From Sphagnum compactum (taxonomy: Eukaryota), in contig OZ234493.1 of assembly GCA_965153455.1 (NCBI GenBank), positions 36,198,213 through 36,262,212 on the forward strand: a stretch of DNA of 64,000 bases. The letters are read 5' to 3'. Position numbers and translations under genes: made by a program. Below, piece by piece: positions 14,197 to 26,532 of this stretch. The notes under the pieces are model-generated. The model made no database searches and had not been told where the DNA came from. It was given only the letters and a program-made list of their open reading frames with translations. The first letter of the stretch is position 1, and the number at the start of each line of letters is the position of its first letter.

Positions 14197-14516
14197 TTGT
14201 TGGCCTTGCCTTGGTAGGCAAGGATATTGTGTTTAGATTCATTATAGAGTATAGTAGCTTAAGGGATTGTGGCCCCTAAGCAATAGGTATATTTTTATAT
14301 GAGGATGTTTGAAAGACGATATTTTGGCTTGTGTTGAAACTTGAGATTAGTTATACTAGAGTTATAATATCTTGAAGGATTTTGGTTTCTTTTAGAGGAT
14401 GTTTTGAAGATTATAGTTTGGCATGGTGAAATATTTGAGTTTCCATAATTCTTCTTTTGCCTTAAGATTCATTTAAATGTAAAATGGCAAGGTCACAGTG
14501 TGACAGACCCCTTGTT
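14197..14516. mobile_element. ~320-bp dispersed element, copy 1 (TTGTT-bounded)
   Basis: Highly similar to 15968-16284 and 42686-43005. Starts ttgttggccttgcct and ends tgtgaca..ccccttgtt. Confidence 0.85.
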
Positions 14517-15258
14517 TATTTTATATGGTTATAAAGTTTGACCAGTTCATAAATTAAAGATTAAGAGAAAGGTGCAAGTGCAAACCAGAACTGAAGTACA
14601 AGAGGGTGGCCAAAGGGGTGAATGGCATAGAGGAGGCACAAATGCACCTAATGAGTCTTTAGACCCTTAAGGTGGCAGTCGCAAGGCCCATAGGGTCTAA
14701 ATGTAGACCCTTCTCTTATACGGAGTGGTTCTCGTATGGTCTTTTCTGCTTCTATTTTAGTCCCTTAGAAAGGCATAAAGGATGGGTCTTCTGGGCTCTA
14801 CATACCTAATCTGACCATTGTTCAAAATTCACATGCTCATTATGCAAATTGTGAAAACCATTATATGTTATGGAATGTGCTAGGTATAGGCCATTGTACG
14901 TGTTCTGAAATTTTGGCTTGCCCCAATTCCTCGGAGTCACCTTACCCTTCACAATGGACAGAGAACACTAGTACCTTTGAGGCTGGCATGTTCCAAAATA
15001 CATTCTACCCTAACTTAGCAAGGGAGCCAACAATAGACCTCAAGTTCTAATTATATTTTAAGACATTTTGGATAACACATGATAAGGCAAAGCAGATAAA
15101 AGGCTGCCAGGACAAAGCCTTCAAACCAGGGTAAAGTTAAAATGAACCACACCTACGGCATGCCGCGTTGTTGACCAGACGCAGCCGTCAATGCAAAAGC
15201 CACCAAGTGTACCTAATTATTATTTTTTAAAATAAAAATTAAAAAATCACAAAGAAGA

Positions 15259-15370
15259 CAAAAGAAAAAAATAGAGCCCCCCCCCCAAAGAAAAGGAAAA
15301 AAAAAGGAAAGAAAAAGAAAAAAATAGAGCCCCCCCCCAAAGAAAAGGAAAAAAAAAGGAAAGAATAAGA
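15259..15370. repeat. ~53-bp near-perfect tandem duplication
   Basis: Two copies of aaaagaaaaaaatagagccccccccc(c)aaagaaaaggaaaaaaaaaggaaagaa. Confidence 0.85.
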
Positions 15371-15414
15371 AATTAATCCAGTACCAAAAAATGCCAACTA
15401 AAAATCTCGATAAA

Positions 15415-16420
15415 AAGGGTTAAAGGTTTTTCCAAAAAATAAATAAATAAAGAAAAGAAAAGAAACCCTAGTTTGTTCCTAACACGGCCGTGGGTGTAAA
15501 GTCTAGAAGTAGGGTTTGCCAAACGTGACAAGCTAAAGGCGGCACCAGTTATTAGCTATCAATTTTAACCGGCTTTTTGAACAGTAGCCTAGGCCCAGGT
15601 TATAGACGATGGTAGGTGGGGGGGGGGTCCATCCCTGGTTAAAGAAGGCAAAAGAACAGAGAGAGAAGAAACCCTAACCATAGTTGAGTACCCTGGGGTA
15701 TAAGTACTAACTAGTCCAGTAATAAGTAAGTTAACATCGCAAGTTAAAAAAACGTCGCACCAGTTTAAGCCTTTATTTTAATGGGCATTGTAGGGTTAAA
15801 GGTTAAAAGAAAAAGAAACCCTAGTTTGTTTCAAAGAGGGCCGTGGGTGTAAAAAGTCCTAAGTAGGTAGTAAGTCAGGTAACGTGGCACCCCGGTTAGT
15901 TCTCTATTTTAACCGGCGTTGAAGAGTTAGAGGGTTAGAAAAATATCAGAGAAGAAACCCTTGTTTGTTGTTGGCCTTGCCTACCAAGGCAAGGATACTT
16001 GTGCTTAGATTCATTAGTAGCTTAATGGATTTTGGCCCCTTGGTCTATAGTAGGTCTATTTTTATACCAGGGTTTTTGAAAGATGATATTTTGGCTTGTA
16101 TTTAAATTTGAGATTAGGTTATAAAGTTATGATATCTTGAAGGATTTTTGGTTTCTTCAAGAGGATTTTTTTTGAAGATTATATTTTTGCATGGTGAAAC
16201 ATTTGAGTTTCCATAGTTCTTCTTTTGCCTTTAGATACTTTTTAATGTAAATTGGCAAGGCCACAATGTGACACATCCCTTGTTAAAGGTGGGGTGGGGT
16301 GTAAGTAGTAAAAGTACACCTACTAAGTAGTAACTTAAAAGGTGGTACCAGTTAGGTCTCTAGTTTAACCCGGGTTTGTGAACAGTAACCTAGTCGACGG
16401 TGGTGGGTGAGGTAGGCGAG
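15415..16420. repeat. Degenerate tandem units (~140-200 bp, about 4 copies) upstream of the TZF gene
   Basis: Recurrent agaaaccct(a)gtttgtt...gtgggtgtaa...agtag...ggcacc.gtt...ttaaccgg at ~15461, ~15667 (divergent), ~15814 and ~15953. The last copy is interrupted by the 320-bp element. Confidence 0.65.
15968..16284. mobile_element. ~320-bp dispersed element, copy 2
   Basis: Same family as 14197-14516; inserted into a tandem-repeat unit. Confidence 0.85.
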
Positions 16421-17076
16421 TAAGGGGGGGGGGGGGTGTAGAGTCCTTGCTCCTTAACTCGTGTTCAATTCTTCCTTACCCTTCCCCTGTTTGGTTGCAG
16501 AGTAGAAGATGGTATAGAAGAAGTTGTTCCTTCCTTTCTCTTACCAAGTACATCTACATAGGTAGAGAGGATGCAAGTGTGCCTCCTTTCTAGGAAGAGA
16601 TTTTGATTGATTTGAAGCTCTTTGCTTGGGGGAAGGTGTTGTTGTCTTTCAAATTTGGTTTTGATGCATTTTGTTTGCTTTGGTTCTTCGATTTGTTGTA
16701 AAACTTACTCCCTTCCCCAAGTTTTCTCCTTTTTGGTGTTTTGGGAGTTTTTTTTGTTCATGAACGAAGGAAGGCTGAGCTTCTCTTGGGTGGAGCTTTT
16801 GGGAAGGTTCAAGTGGGTCTAGGAAAGGAAGTTTAGTTTTGTTGTTTTTTGGTTTGGGTGGGGGGTTCTTATGAAGGCTGCTGGGCTGCTGCTGCTGCTT
16901 GTCTTGGGTTGTTTGCACTCGGAAGCTTTTTTGTTGGGGTCCTTGGTTTGTGGGTGAAGCAGAAGGAAGCAGAAAGAGATGAGGAGAAACAATAATTCAG
17001 AGCGATAGATTTTGTTTGAGTAGCACAGAGAGAGAGAGAGTGAGAGAAGGTGGTGTTTTTTGAGGCGGTTTCAAAA

Positions 17077-19149
17077 ATGCCAGGAGTGCTGATTGATGAG
17101 CATCATCCTTTTGGTTTGGATTACTTGAACCACAACGGTTTTAGTGGTGGTGGTAGTGGTGGTGGTTCTGGTTCCACTTATGATGTGGGAGGCTACTTCT
17201 CTTCCACATCTTTCTTGCACAACACCCAGTCTGCTACACAACAACACCCAATGCGCCGCTTGAATACCTTCTCAACAGTGGGTTTACAAGACTCGGAGGT
17301 GGCACAGTCGGCACCCCATGTGTACCAGCGTAGTCACAGCTTTGGTAACACAGGAAGCTTGCAGCAGGCATTCCACTTGATGGGTAGTTGTAATAATTCT
17401 GCAGCTTCCTCTGTGACCAAACCGGACTTGGGTGGTGGTGGGCTGTCGCTTCTTGACGGCGGCGGAGGACTGGTAGACGACTCTTCTTGTTCGTTCGGTG
17501 ACGGATCTGCGAAATGGGTTTTGGAAACTGGACTTGACGGAACAGCGAAGGTGGGGCGTTGTGGTGGTTCTTCTGGTTCTTCTTCTTCTTCGGACTTGCG
17601 ATCTTCTCCTCTTTCGTTCGGTGGTGGTGGTGGATCGGCGATGATGACGATGAGCAGCGGATGTTCTCCTCTTGTTGGCTCGCCTACGTTCTGCGACTCT
17701 CTGCACAGCTTCAACAAGTTCTTGCCGTCGAACAACGAAGACGAGGAGGCTTGGACGGTGGTTGACACGTACGGGTGTGATCAGTTCCGTATGTTCGAGT
17801 TTAAGGTGCGGCGGTGCATGCGAGGGAGAAGTCACGACTGGACTGAGTGCCCCTTTGCGCATCCGGGCGAGAAAGCCAGGCGTCGTGATCCCCGTCGGTT
17901 CCATTACTCCGGTACGGCTTGCCCTGATTTCAGGAAGGGGAGTTGCAGACGCGGGGATGCTTGCGAGTACGCGCACGGGGTTTTCGAGTGCTGGTTGCAT
18001 CCTGCTCGTTATCGCACTCAGCCGTGTAAAGACGGTCGTAACTGTCGTCGCCGTGTTTGTTTCTTTGCGCATACTCCTGAACAGTTGCGATTACTACCTG
18101 CCGCTGCACAGGCTGCTACAGTCGCTGCCAGGAGTGCTGCTGGTGGGGGAGTACTGGTGGCATCGGAAGCGGCAGCATCCCCACGTGGTGGTGGTGTCTA
18201 CGATGGAGCCCCTGTTTATGAGGGGAATGCCTTTGATGGCTCCTCCTCCCCTGCAGCAACACATGCGGCTTGTTCTCCCTTAAGCCATTTCAACGGTTTG
18301 ATGACATCTGCAGCGCTTTCTGGTCATGTCTGTTTCCCATCGCAGATCTCCTCTCCTACATCCACTCTTGTCGGACATGCCCACTCTCCACCATCCTTGT
18401 CTCCACCTCTCTCTCCTTCTGGGTCTCCTCCACATTCTCCTTCTTCAACTACTCATGGCTGGCCAAACTCCATGGCTTCTAGCTTCTCTGGTTTGTCCGC
18501 TGGTCAAGCCGCCATGTCTCAGGCATACGCACAGGCGGCCCTCGCTCGCTCTCAGAGTAGCCAGGGCATGGGGATCGGAGCTCATCCTCACTCCCCGCCT
18601 GTTCCAGGTCATCGGCGACATTTGGACCGTCTGAACTCCATGCCTACACTGTCCATTCCTTCTGGCGACCATCGAAGCATGCAGCATCAGGCGGTAGGGT
18701 TACCTGGATCGGCCCCTGTTTCACCTGCCGTTGTTGGCCAGCAGAGAAACTCTATGATGGAACTGATTGCAACCCTGCAGCAGCTGGAGCTTCGAGGAGG
18801 TTCTGCTTCCCCTAATGGTACCACCCAGTGGCTGCAACAGCAACAACAGCACTACTCTTCAGAGCCTTCACCATTGCGCCGCTCCTCCCTTGGGGTAGTG
18901 GGGACACCACCAAACCATGTCCATTGGGAACAGAAGGAACCCTGGGAGGTCGATGAGAATGAGGAAGGAGAGCCTACTGTGCAGCGTGTAGAGTCTGGTC
19001 GTGGCCTTCGGGCCAAGATCTATGGCCGTTTGGGTAAAGAGGTTCCGATAGAAGCTGGTAATGCAGATGTTCCAGATCTGGGATGGATCAATGAACTTGT
19101 GAAAGAAGAACCTGAGCAACAACAGACTCCACCTGGTGAAGGAACCTAA
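17077..19149 (+). CDS. Plant arginine-rich tandem CCCH zinc-finger protein (RR-TZF family, no ankyrin repeats), 690 aa, intronless
   Basis: First in-frame ATG is at 17077 (AAAATGC). Contains [10 protein letters not shown], the CHCH motif [37 protein letters not shown]1 [23 protein letters not shown]2 [16 protein letters not shown], and C-terminal [11 protein letters not shown] and [10 protein letters not shown] motifs typical of the family. Confidence 0.95.
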   Translation: MPGVLIDEHHPFGLDYLNHNGFSGGGSGGGSGSTYDVGGYFSSTSFLHNTQSATQQHPMRRLNTFSTVGLQDSEVAQSAPHVYQRSHSFGNTGSLQQAFHLMGSCNNSAASSVTKPDLGGGGLSLLDGGGGLVDDSSCSFGDGSAKWVLETGLDGTAKVGRCGGSSGSSSSSDLRSSPLSFGGGGGSAMMTMSSGCSPLVGSPTFCDSLHSFNKFLPSNNEDEEAWTVVDTYGCDQFRMFEFKVRRCMRGRSHDWTECPFAHPGEKARRRDPRRFHYSGTACPDFRKGSCRRGDACEYAHGVFECWLHPARYRTQPCKDGRNCRRRVCFFAHTPEQLRLLPAAAQAATVAARSAAGGGVLVASEAAASPRGGGVYDGAPVYEGNAFDGSSSPAATHAACSPLSHFNGLMTSAALSGHVCFPSQISSPTSTLVGHAHSPPSLSPPLSPSGSPPHSPSSTTHGWPNSMASSFSGLSAGQAAMSQAYAQAALARSQSSQGMGIGAHPHSPPVPGHRRHLDRLNSMPTLSIPSGDHRSMQHQAVGLPGSAPVSPAVVGQQRNSMMELIATLQQLELRGGSASPNGTTQWLQQQQQHYSSEPSPLRRSSLGVVGTPPNHVHWEQKEPWEVDENEEGEPTVQRVESGRGLRAKIYGRLGKEVPIEAGNADVPDLGWINELVKEEPEQQQTPPGEGT

Positions 19150-22100
19150 TGGAGAACAGTCAGTCTGCTGGTTCTCGTCATCAGTGCTGGGTGATTTTTG
19201 TTTCTGTGCGTTTTTGCGGGGCAGAGGAGGGAAGGGATTTTTCTGGCTTTGTTCTTTGGATATTGATAGGGTTGAATTATTCAAGTTTTGTTTTTTGAAG
19301 AGGATTTATGTACAAGAGTGGGTTAGATGATGGAAATTTGTGAGATTTGAATTGTTGGGTAATTATAAAAAGAAAGCCAATTGGTGGTACTAGTCTCATA
19401 CTCCCTTGAAAGGAAGCTGCATGTTGCAGTGTGCAGGAGAGAATCTGAAGATTTTTTTTTGGCATGTGTAATTGCCATTACAAACTTGTAATTATTCACC
19501 GTTTGTGAAGACAAGCTTTTGTTTGATTTGCCAAAAGGAAAGTAGCATTAGGAGCAGGATGATGAGTAGTGGCACATGTAGGACTTGTACATGTGCACAT
19601 GTAGATGTGTATATGGCACAGGCAATGACATTCTGAGTGAGACCAAGGGTCTCACCAGAAAGCAGACTACACTACCAGAGGTGTTGTCAAGACTAATCAA
19701 GGAAACATTTATTTTGAAATGGTGTTAAATCTAGTGCCTAGGATGAATTTGTACATTTTTTATATATCATGACGTCATGATGGGTTTTTTTTATTATTAT
19801 ACTTCTTGCAGCCATGTTTCATTTCAAAAAATCTTGTATTGGATCTGGGATTTATTTTTGTAGTGTGAGAACTAATGATGTATTTAATTTTGTGTTTTTA
19901 AATTATTTTTGGTATGGAATGAATTTGACATGTGCTTGTGAACTTTGTGACCTTTTTGGCAGTCGCTTTGGATATGGAACTTGTGACGAGGGTTTGAATG
20001 GGGAGTGCCCCATTGAAAAGATTGCTAGATAGATACGATTGCTCTCTGTTGGTTTCAACCTGCTTAGAATAATTGCTTAGAGGGTCTGAATTGCAAATTT
20101 TCAGTTTTGGGTACTTGAACTGGAAGGTTTGTGCTGCTCTGATATGTCAGCCATTCCTCAATTGGGCTGAAGATTTGTATGTGACTGCATTTGAAGGTAT
20201 GGGATTGCAATTAGCTCTTATGTTAGGTTCCCTGCTACGTACATGCACAAGGTCATAAGGAATGGCATTGTGTGTGTCATATCATGTGAAGCCCTATTAA
20301 AGAGTCTGAATGGGGAGCTTCTGGGATCTAACCTGTGAAAGATTTGTCTTCTTCAATTGTCTTCTTCGGGTGTCAATGGGCATTTGAGGTTCATCTTGCT
20401 ATCTTGTATTCAGACTCTGTTGCAAGGTTGAAATTTCAACCTTGCTTATTTAGAGACATGTTCTGGCTGATGGGTTTTGCATATTCTGTGGGTGCTAGAA
20501 AGTTACCGTCTATGGGTGTTCCTCATATCTTTCGCTTGGACCTTTTAGTATTGCAATTGCTATTGAGATGTGTGTTGCATGGATTGGGATACTAATTGGA
20601 GTAGCATTTTGTATATGTGCATTTGAACGATGGAACTGCAGATGCCCCTATGGTGTTTTCAGATTGTACATGGACTTGGATTGGAGCACCATCGTAGAGG
20701 TGCAAATACAGTGTCATGATGGTTTCCTTGGATTCTTGAAGGTTATCTGACAGAGGGCTGTCTATTTTGTTCCTCTGTAGCATGTTAGGGTTGAAAGTTG
20801 GAACTGCCATTGAAGCTGTGTGCATGGTGGGTCATATTCGAATCTAGAAGCAAATCAGACGCTAGGTGTTTTGCTGCATTTGAGTGTTGGGAATGCTGGA
20901 ACGGCTTCTTTCTGTTGAGGGGTGTTGTGCAGGGAGGATTTGGGATTCTAAAAATGTATCAGTAGCTGAAGGAGTGGTAGGATGTACATGTGTGTAGGTA
21001 CATTTAGAAACTGCTATTGAGGTATGTGGCATATATGTATGGCAATTTTTAAATGCTGAATGTGGCAACAGTTTTAGTGTATGGTATGCCTGAGGGCCAG
21101 GGGTGTTCCTGAATAATGAGCTCCTGAGGCTGGAGACTGAGGGCTCATTATCTTGGGAATGCCTTGGCCTGAGGCCGTTGCATGGCATAATGTGTGCTCG
21201 GCATAATGCTTGCTCGATGAAAACCTGTGAAATGCTCAATGAAACCCCCAACAAAGAAGTGTAATCCTTGATGAAGAAAACCTAATCCCCAATGAAGGAG
21301 TGGAATTCCCAATGAAGCACTGGAACTCCTTCCCAGGAGAGGGAAGGGAAATTCCATTTTGTACTACCTGCTCCTCCTAGAGTTAAAAAAACCGGTCAAG
21401 GGCTTTATGTGGTCAAAAAAGTATTGCTTGCCTTGGTTGTTCACCCTTACAACAAACAGGCAGCCAGATTGCATGTGCTTTCTATCTTCACAGTAAGTAC
21501 TCACCAGTGCTCCTTTGCCAGCAAAAACCATTCTGGTTTAGTATGAACTGCAAGCAGTTCTTATTTTCAGAACTGGAATTGGATTTCAAAACAAAATACC
21601 AGATCTAGAATTCCCTGTTTTATGCGTGGAACTGGCACCAATGTATATGATTCCAGAAACAAAAAAATGACCAGAACTGGGGTAAATTGGACATTAACCT
21701 CCCGATGTGGTCTCCATTAGTGAGAAGAAGACTGGAACCAGGCTTGGAATTCCTTTGTATATAATATACCCAGACCCAGAATCAAGAATTTGTGTGGAAC
21801 TGGAACTGAGGGAATTCGAATTTATTTTTAAGAACCAGAACTTGAGATTCTTCATAAAAGTAAAACAAGCAATGTAGTTGCCTTCAGCAGTCTAGAACCT
21901 GCACCAATTCGGAGCGGTTTCTTCCATTTTCATGTAGATCTTGGCACTAGAAAGAAGAAGAAAAATTCTATTGCAACTTTAAGTGGGGTTAACACCTTCA
22001 GACAAAGGCATTACTAGAATCACAGGCCAGCACGGGTCCTGCTTCCCCTGATGCCCTCGTCCTTGGGCATTACCCTACATCCTGGGGCCGTTACCCTACC

Positions 22101-22161
22101 TACGCTTGAGTATTGTTAGTTGTATTTGGTACCATAATAGCTGTCAATTGAGTGGGGATCA

Positions 22162-22451
22162 CTGGGAAGACGTTAAATTAGCCAAGGGTCCTTATTGCAG
22201 GCAGTACAAAAGTACTGCCTTCTTTTTATTCCCAGACTGCCCATTTGAGGCCCCCTTGTGCTCATCACATGTACTTAGTGTCCATCACAGGCCTAAAATG
22301 TGCATAGTACGGGCCCTAAGTGTGTCTGAGCAGGATCCATCTTTTTGGAGAAAAAGATGGATGGAGCCAAGGGCAGACAAGGGAAAAAGAAACAGGCAGT
22401 ACTTTTGTACTGCCTTCAAGAAGGACCCTTTGCTGATTCAACGTCTGCCAG
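22162..22451. repeat. Fold-back element with ~57-85-bp inverted arms
   Basis: Left arm ctgggaagacgttaaattagccaagggtccttattgcaggcagtacaaaagtactgcct; reverse complement of right arm ctggcagacgttgaatcagcaaagggtccttcttgaaggcagtacaaaagtactgcct. Confidence 0.8.
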
Positions 22452-22509
22452 ATTACTAGTGTATTAGGATGAAGAGATAAGGGTAGAGATTATAGTCAGG
22501 GCCTTACTT

Positions 22510-22512
<3 letters not shown>

Positions 22513-22545
<33 letters not shown>
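22513..22545. repeat. (AC)16 microsatellite
   Basis: Read directly from the sequence. Confidence 0.95.
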
Positions 22546-22548
<3 letters not shown>

Positions 22549-24099
22549 GGGAGAGTACCACATGAAGCTTTTGCTTATGACACTTGTGCTTCTGGAGCCT
22601 TTCATGGAACATGCAAAGACACTTGCCTCTGAGTGGGTACCTTGTAAAACTTCACCACAAAATACATCATGATAAAACAGTGGTGAATGACAAGTGGGTT
22701 TTCGGTAATCTCTACACGCCTGCATTTGGCAAAATGTTTCATGTAATGAAAGCATGAAATGACAAATGACCAGCTGGTGCTTGTGCATCCAATTTCCTCA
22801 TCGCCCCATAACATAGCAGCCCAACAGATCAAATGCATAAGGAACAGAGGATGTACAGTGGTTTTTTTCCTAGTGTTGAAGTTTCCTCATTTTTTAACAA
22901 AGAAATTGGAAGGAAAAAAATTCTAGTGTAAATTCGACTAATTCTGTTAATTCTTTGTTAAGTTTTGCCAATTTTTCAATATCAAAAGAGTTTTAAAAAG
23001 AAACAGTGGACTAGACTGCTTAAACTGTAAGATTACCGGCCTTTAAAAACTTATTGCAACCTTTTCCTAATTATTACTCCAGATAAACTGCTACTTCAGA
23101 TGAGCTGCTTCACACAAAACTTATAAAGAACCCTCCCCCTCACATGCCTTGTGGTCAGCCTTTTTTTTATTGGCAAATAATTGTCAAAAAGGAAAGGAAG
23201 AAAGTGCCTTGGGAAATCTATTAAAGGAAAAAAGGGTAAAGAAAAAAAAAAATCGCCATATCTTGTTGGGTTCACTGAGCTAGATTGCCACAGTGCAATG
23301 TAAACCCTAACCTAGATGACCTAATGTAATTGGTTGTGGTGTAGAGCCCATCACCAACTTGCACCATTAGATCTAGGTTGATCATAGACTAACTCCATGA
23401 ATATCAGAGCGTTGCCAACAAACCTTGATTCATTACAATCTTTTGTGGCCACTACTTATGGTGATTACGGAGTAGCCATCATAACGTCATGCATTGATTA
23501 TAGAGCAACCATCACCACTTCCTAGAATAATTATGGAACAACCAATTGCCATTTCTAGCAATGAGTCCTAGAAGTTGAAGAATATCAAAGGAATTGTGAA
23601 ATTATGATTTGGAGTGGTGGGTGCGCATTTTTCATCACCAAATTGAATTGCTTGTGAATGCAATTGAACTTCGAAATGTAGGTACGGTTTTAACTTTTTT
23701 CATTGTGTTTTTATTTTTCATTTTTTTAATAATGTTTTTTTGGTCTTGTGTTTTGTCACTTGTGAGTTTGTTTTGAAGCTTTCTATTGTATGTTTTGCAA
23801 ATGCCATGGCTTCAACATGGAATGGGAAGTGTAAAATGGATAGTGCTTTGTTTTTTTCTTTAAGTTTAGTTGAAATCATGACTACTCAGTTTCTTTGGTG
23901 ATCGTGCTTAATTTTTGACTAATGCCATCTTCTAAGGTGAACTTGAGTGGAGGCAAAGTTGATTCAAACTCATAAGCAAGGCCCAAGAATCAAATGATGC
24001 AATTGGTGTGTTCGAGTAATTTGCCCATTTTCATTCCTCCTACTACACCCAACGTGTGTGAGATCCACGTTTTACCAATTGAAGGAGACAAACCATTGT

Positions 24100-25230
24100 C
24101 AAAAAATCCTAAAAACAATCACAATGTTTTTTGCAAGTGTAAAGAAATTTGGGCTACATAATTCCTATGGGCAAAAATGTTCAAAGGTGATTATGGAGAA
24201 ATTAATTGTGTGAAGTGCATTGTGTGATTGGCTATGAAGGGGAAGGATGTCATTTTCAATTTGGAATTTAACATGCTTGAACATCATGCAAAAAAAAAGA
24301 AAATTGTTTGAGACATGCCACATTTGGGCAAGACAAATGTGGAATTTTATGTGAACAAGAAATGCAACCATGCCAAAAATGAGGTAACATGTTCTCAACG
24401 AAATCATGTTTCCAACACTAAACATGTGATTCATGGAACCTTGAAGGGGGAAAGATGAAGGGAGAAGTAACAATTTGCCACAATTTTTCATTTATTACAA
24501 CATGGTTGACCTATGCTAGAATTTGAGGCCACAAAATCATTATTTTCTTTTTCCAATGTTCCCATGAACTAAATCATTGGAATGATTCTACCGGTTGAGT
24601 AATGACTAAATGCTTACATAAGCAAATGTTTAAAAAAATGCAAAAGTTAGTTGTATGTTCAAAGTATCTTCCACTTTCATTTGATGAAGTCACCATGAAT
24701 GATAACCAATTGTGGGTTTCAATCCACTGTTATTTCATTCAACATTGGTGTTGTTTGCATGTATTATTTTTTTAGGGCAAAAAGTCAATTGGGGAGAGGT
24801 TTTTGATATTTAACCAAGGTTATTATAGATATTTTGAAAAACCATGCAAATGTTTTTAATGCAAATGTTGTAAAAATTATGTCATTTGGTGTTGACAATG
24901 TAATGTTTTCTAGGGGAGGTGGAAAATGGTGTTACTTGCCAAATACAAGACAAACTTGAGCTCCCCACTTGGAATAGATTCATTGCATGGCACATCACAC
25001 CAATTTAACAATGCAAACTTTATTTCAAATCCCTATTGTAAAACATATTGAGGATTTTCTTCAATCATTTTGTTTTTTGTTATAACTCAAAAATGCACCT
25101 TGAGTTTTTTAAGCTTGCAAATTTTATGAAAGCAAAGGGGAATAACATTTTGTGGAATGTAAAAACACATTAGATCAACATGTTTAGTCTAGCTAAATGG
25201 GTTATGTCCATGCAACTTTCATAGGTTTCC
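24100..25230 (+). mobile_element. Decayed hAT-superfamily (ZNF862-like) transposase remnant
   Basis: KYLPLSFDEVTMNDNQLWVSIHCYFIQHW (~24662-24750, first catalytic Asp region) and IHCMAHHTNLTMQ (~24978-25016, CxxH motif). Many stops and frameshifts. Confidence 0.7.
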
Positions 25231-26532
25231 AATGCCTCATGTGTTGAAGTAGTGGCTCAAATGCCCACTAAAAATTAAAAGTCGAGTTCTTTTGCCTTTT
25301 GACCAACATCCAAGTCTTGAATTGTAGCTTTCATTCTTCGATTGAAATGATGTTCATTGATCCAAAAAGCTAATATTTAACATACCCAAGGACCCCATAT
25401 CATTTTCTATTTCCTCAAAAAAACTCACATAACATTTGAAACTTGTAAAAAATATTTTAATAATTTCTTGGTCCAAGTTGTCTTCTTCAAAACCTTGAAC
25501 ATGTCCCTCTAAGGATGGTGACCTATAATATCATTTTTGAGTCTACATATGTTATGCCCTTGAGCCCTAATCATATTGCTAATTTGGGCAGTCAATTTTG
25601 TTGAACTTTATGTGGCTATAACTCAAAACTATATTTAAAAGGAACTTGCATCCACCCACCAAGTTTCGCATGGCCAAACACATGTAGTGGCTCATTGTAA
25701 ATACAAAAAAAAAGGAATTATTAGTCTCCACCCTAATTTCATTTTCATACAATAATCGATGGAACAATTTCGGTGATTAATCTAATAAATGTTTGCAATA
25801 GTGTATACTCAAGTTCCAACTTAAACCTTGCTAAAATCTAATCATTATGTTCAAACAACTTAATAATCAAGTAGCACCTAAATAATGGTCATAATGATGT
25901 GTAGTTTTGTTTCGTGCCTAACTATTAATCACACCAATTACAACCCCAAGGTTCACTATGACAATTAACATGCGTGGGATGATTTGTAACCTTTCACCTT
26001 GGGTTTCATGTGTTTTAAAATATGCATAGATTTTCAAAACATCAACCTAAAAGAGTGTGTTGTTTTTTAGGTTATAGACTAATAACACACAACTCAATAA
26101 ACCCACCTACCTCCTAAAAATAATTAATAGCCCCAATTAACATAATGATAGGAAACATGCACATAATTCAACAACACCAATGGAAGGATTACACAAGGAA
26201 GAAGTTGACATGCATGACTACGTTTCATTCTATAGTCCAAAACTATTTGATTTACTACAACAAACTATTGTGAAAATGTAAAGTTGACAGTGTGGCTTTC
26301 CACTTTTGTTGATTGCACAACATTCCACTACTTATGTGTTAAATAAGTAATGTTCACCTACATTAGTAGGTAACTTGGTTGATAACAACTTGTCAACTTG
26401 TGCAGCACTTCATGAACCATGACAAAAGGAAAAAACCTTATAAATTTGTGTTTATAAACGAGTTGAAATTTTTCACATGCATTGTCCTCCTCTCCTAGAC
26501 TCCAACGATGTAGATAGCTTGGAAACCCCATA

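Noticed and set aside
17284-18687. Long antisense and alternative-frame ORFs (262, 203, 144 aa and others) overlapping the TZF gene
   Set aside because: Expected shadows of a GC-rich, low-complexity CDS; no recognisable domains.
19150-19900. ATTTA motifs downstream of the TZF gene as an autoregulatory ARE
   Set aside because: Only scattered single pentamers, as expected by chance in AT-rich DNA.
20073-21357. Cluster of 60-130-aa ORFs downstream of the TZF gene
   Set aside because: No domains or coherent exon chain; could be UTR or non-coding transcript, but the sequence alone does not support a call.
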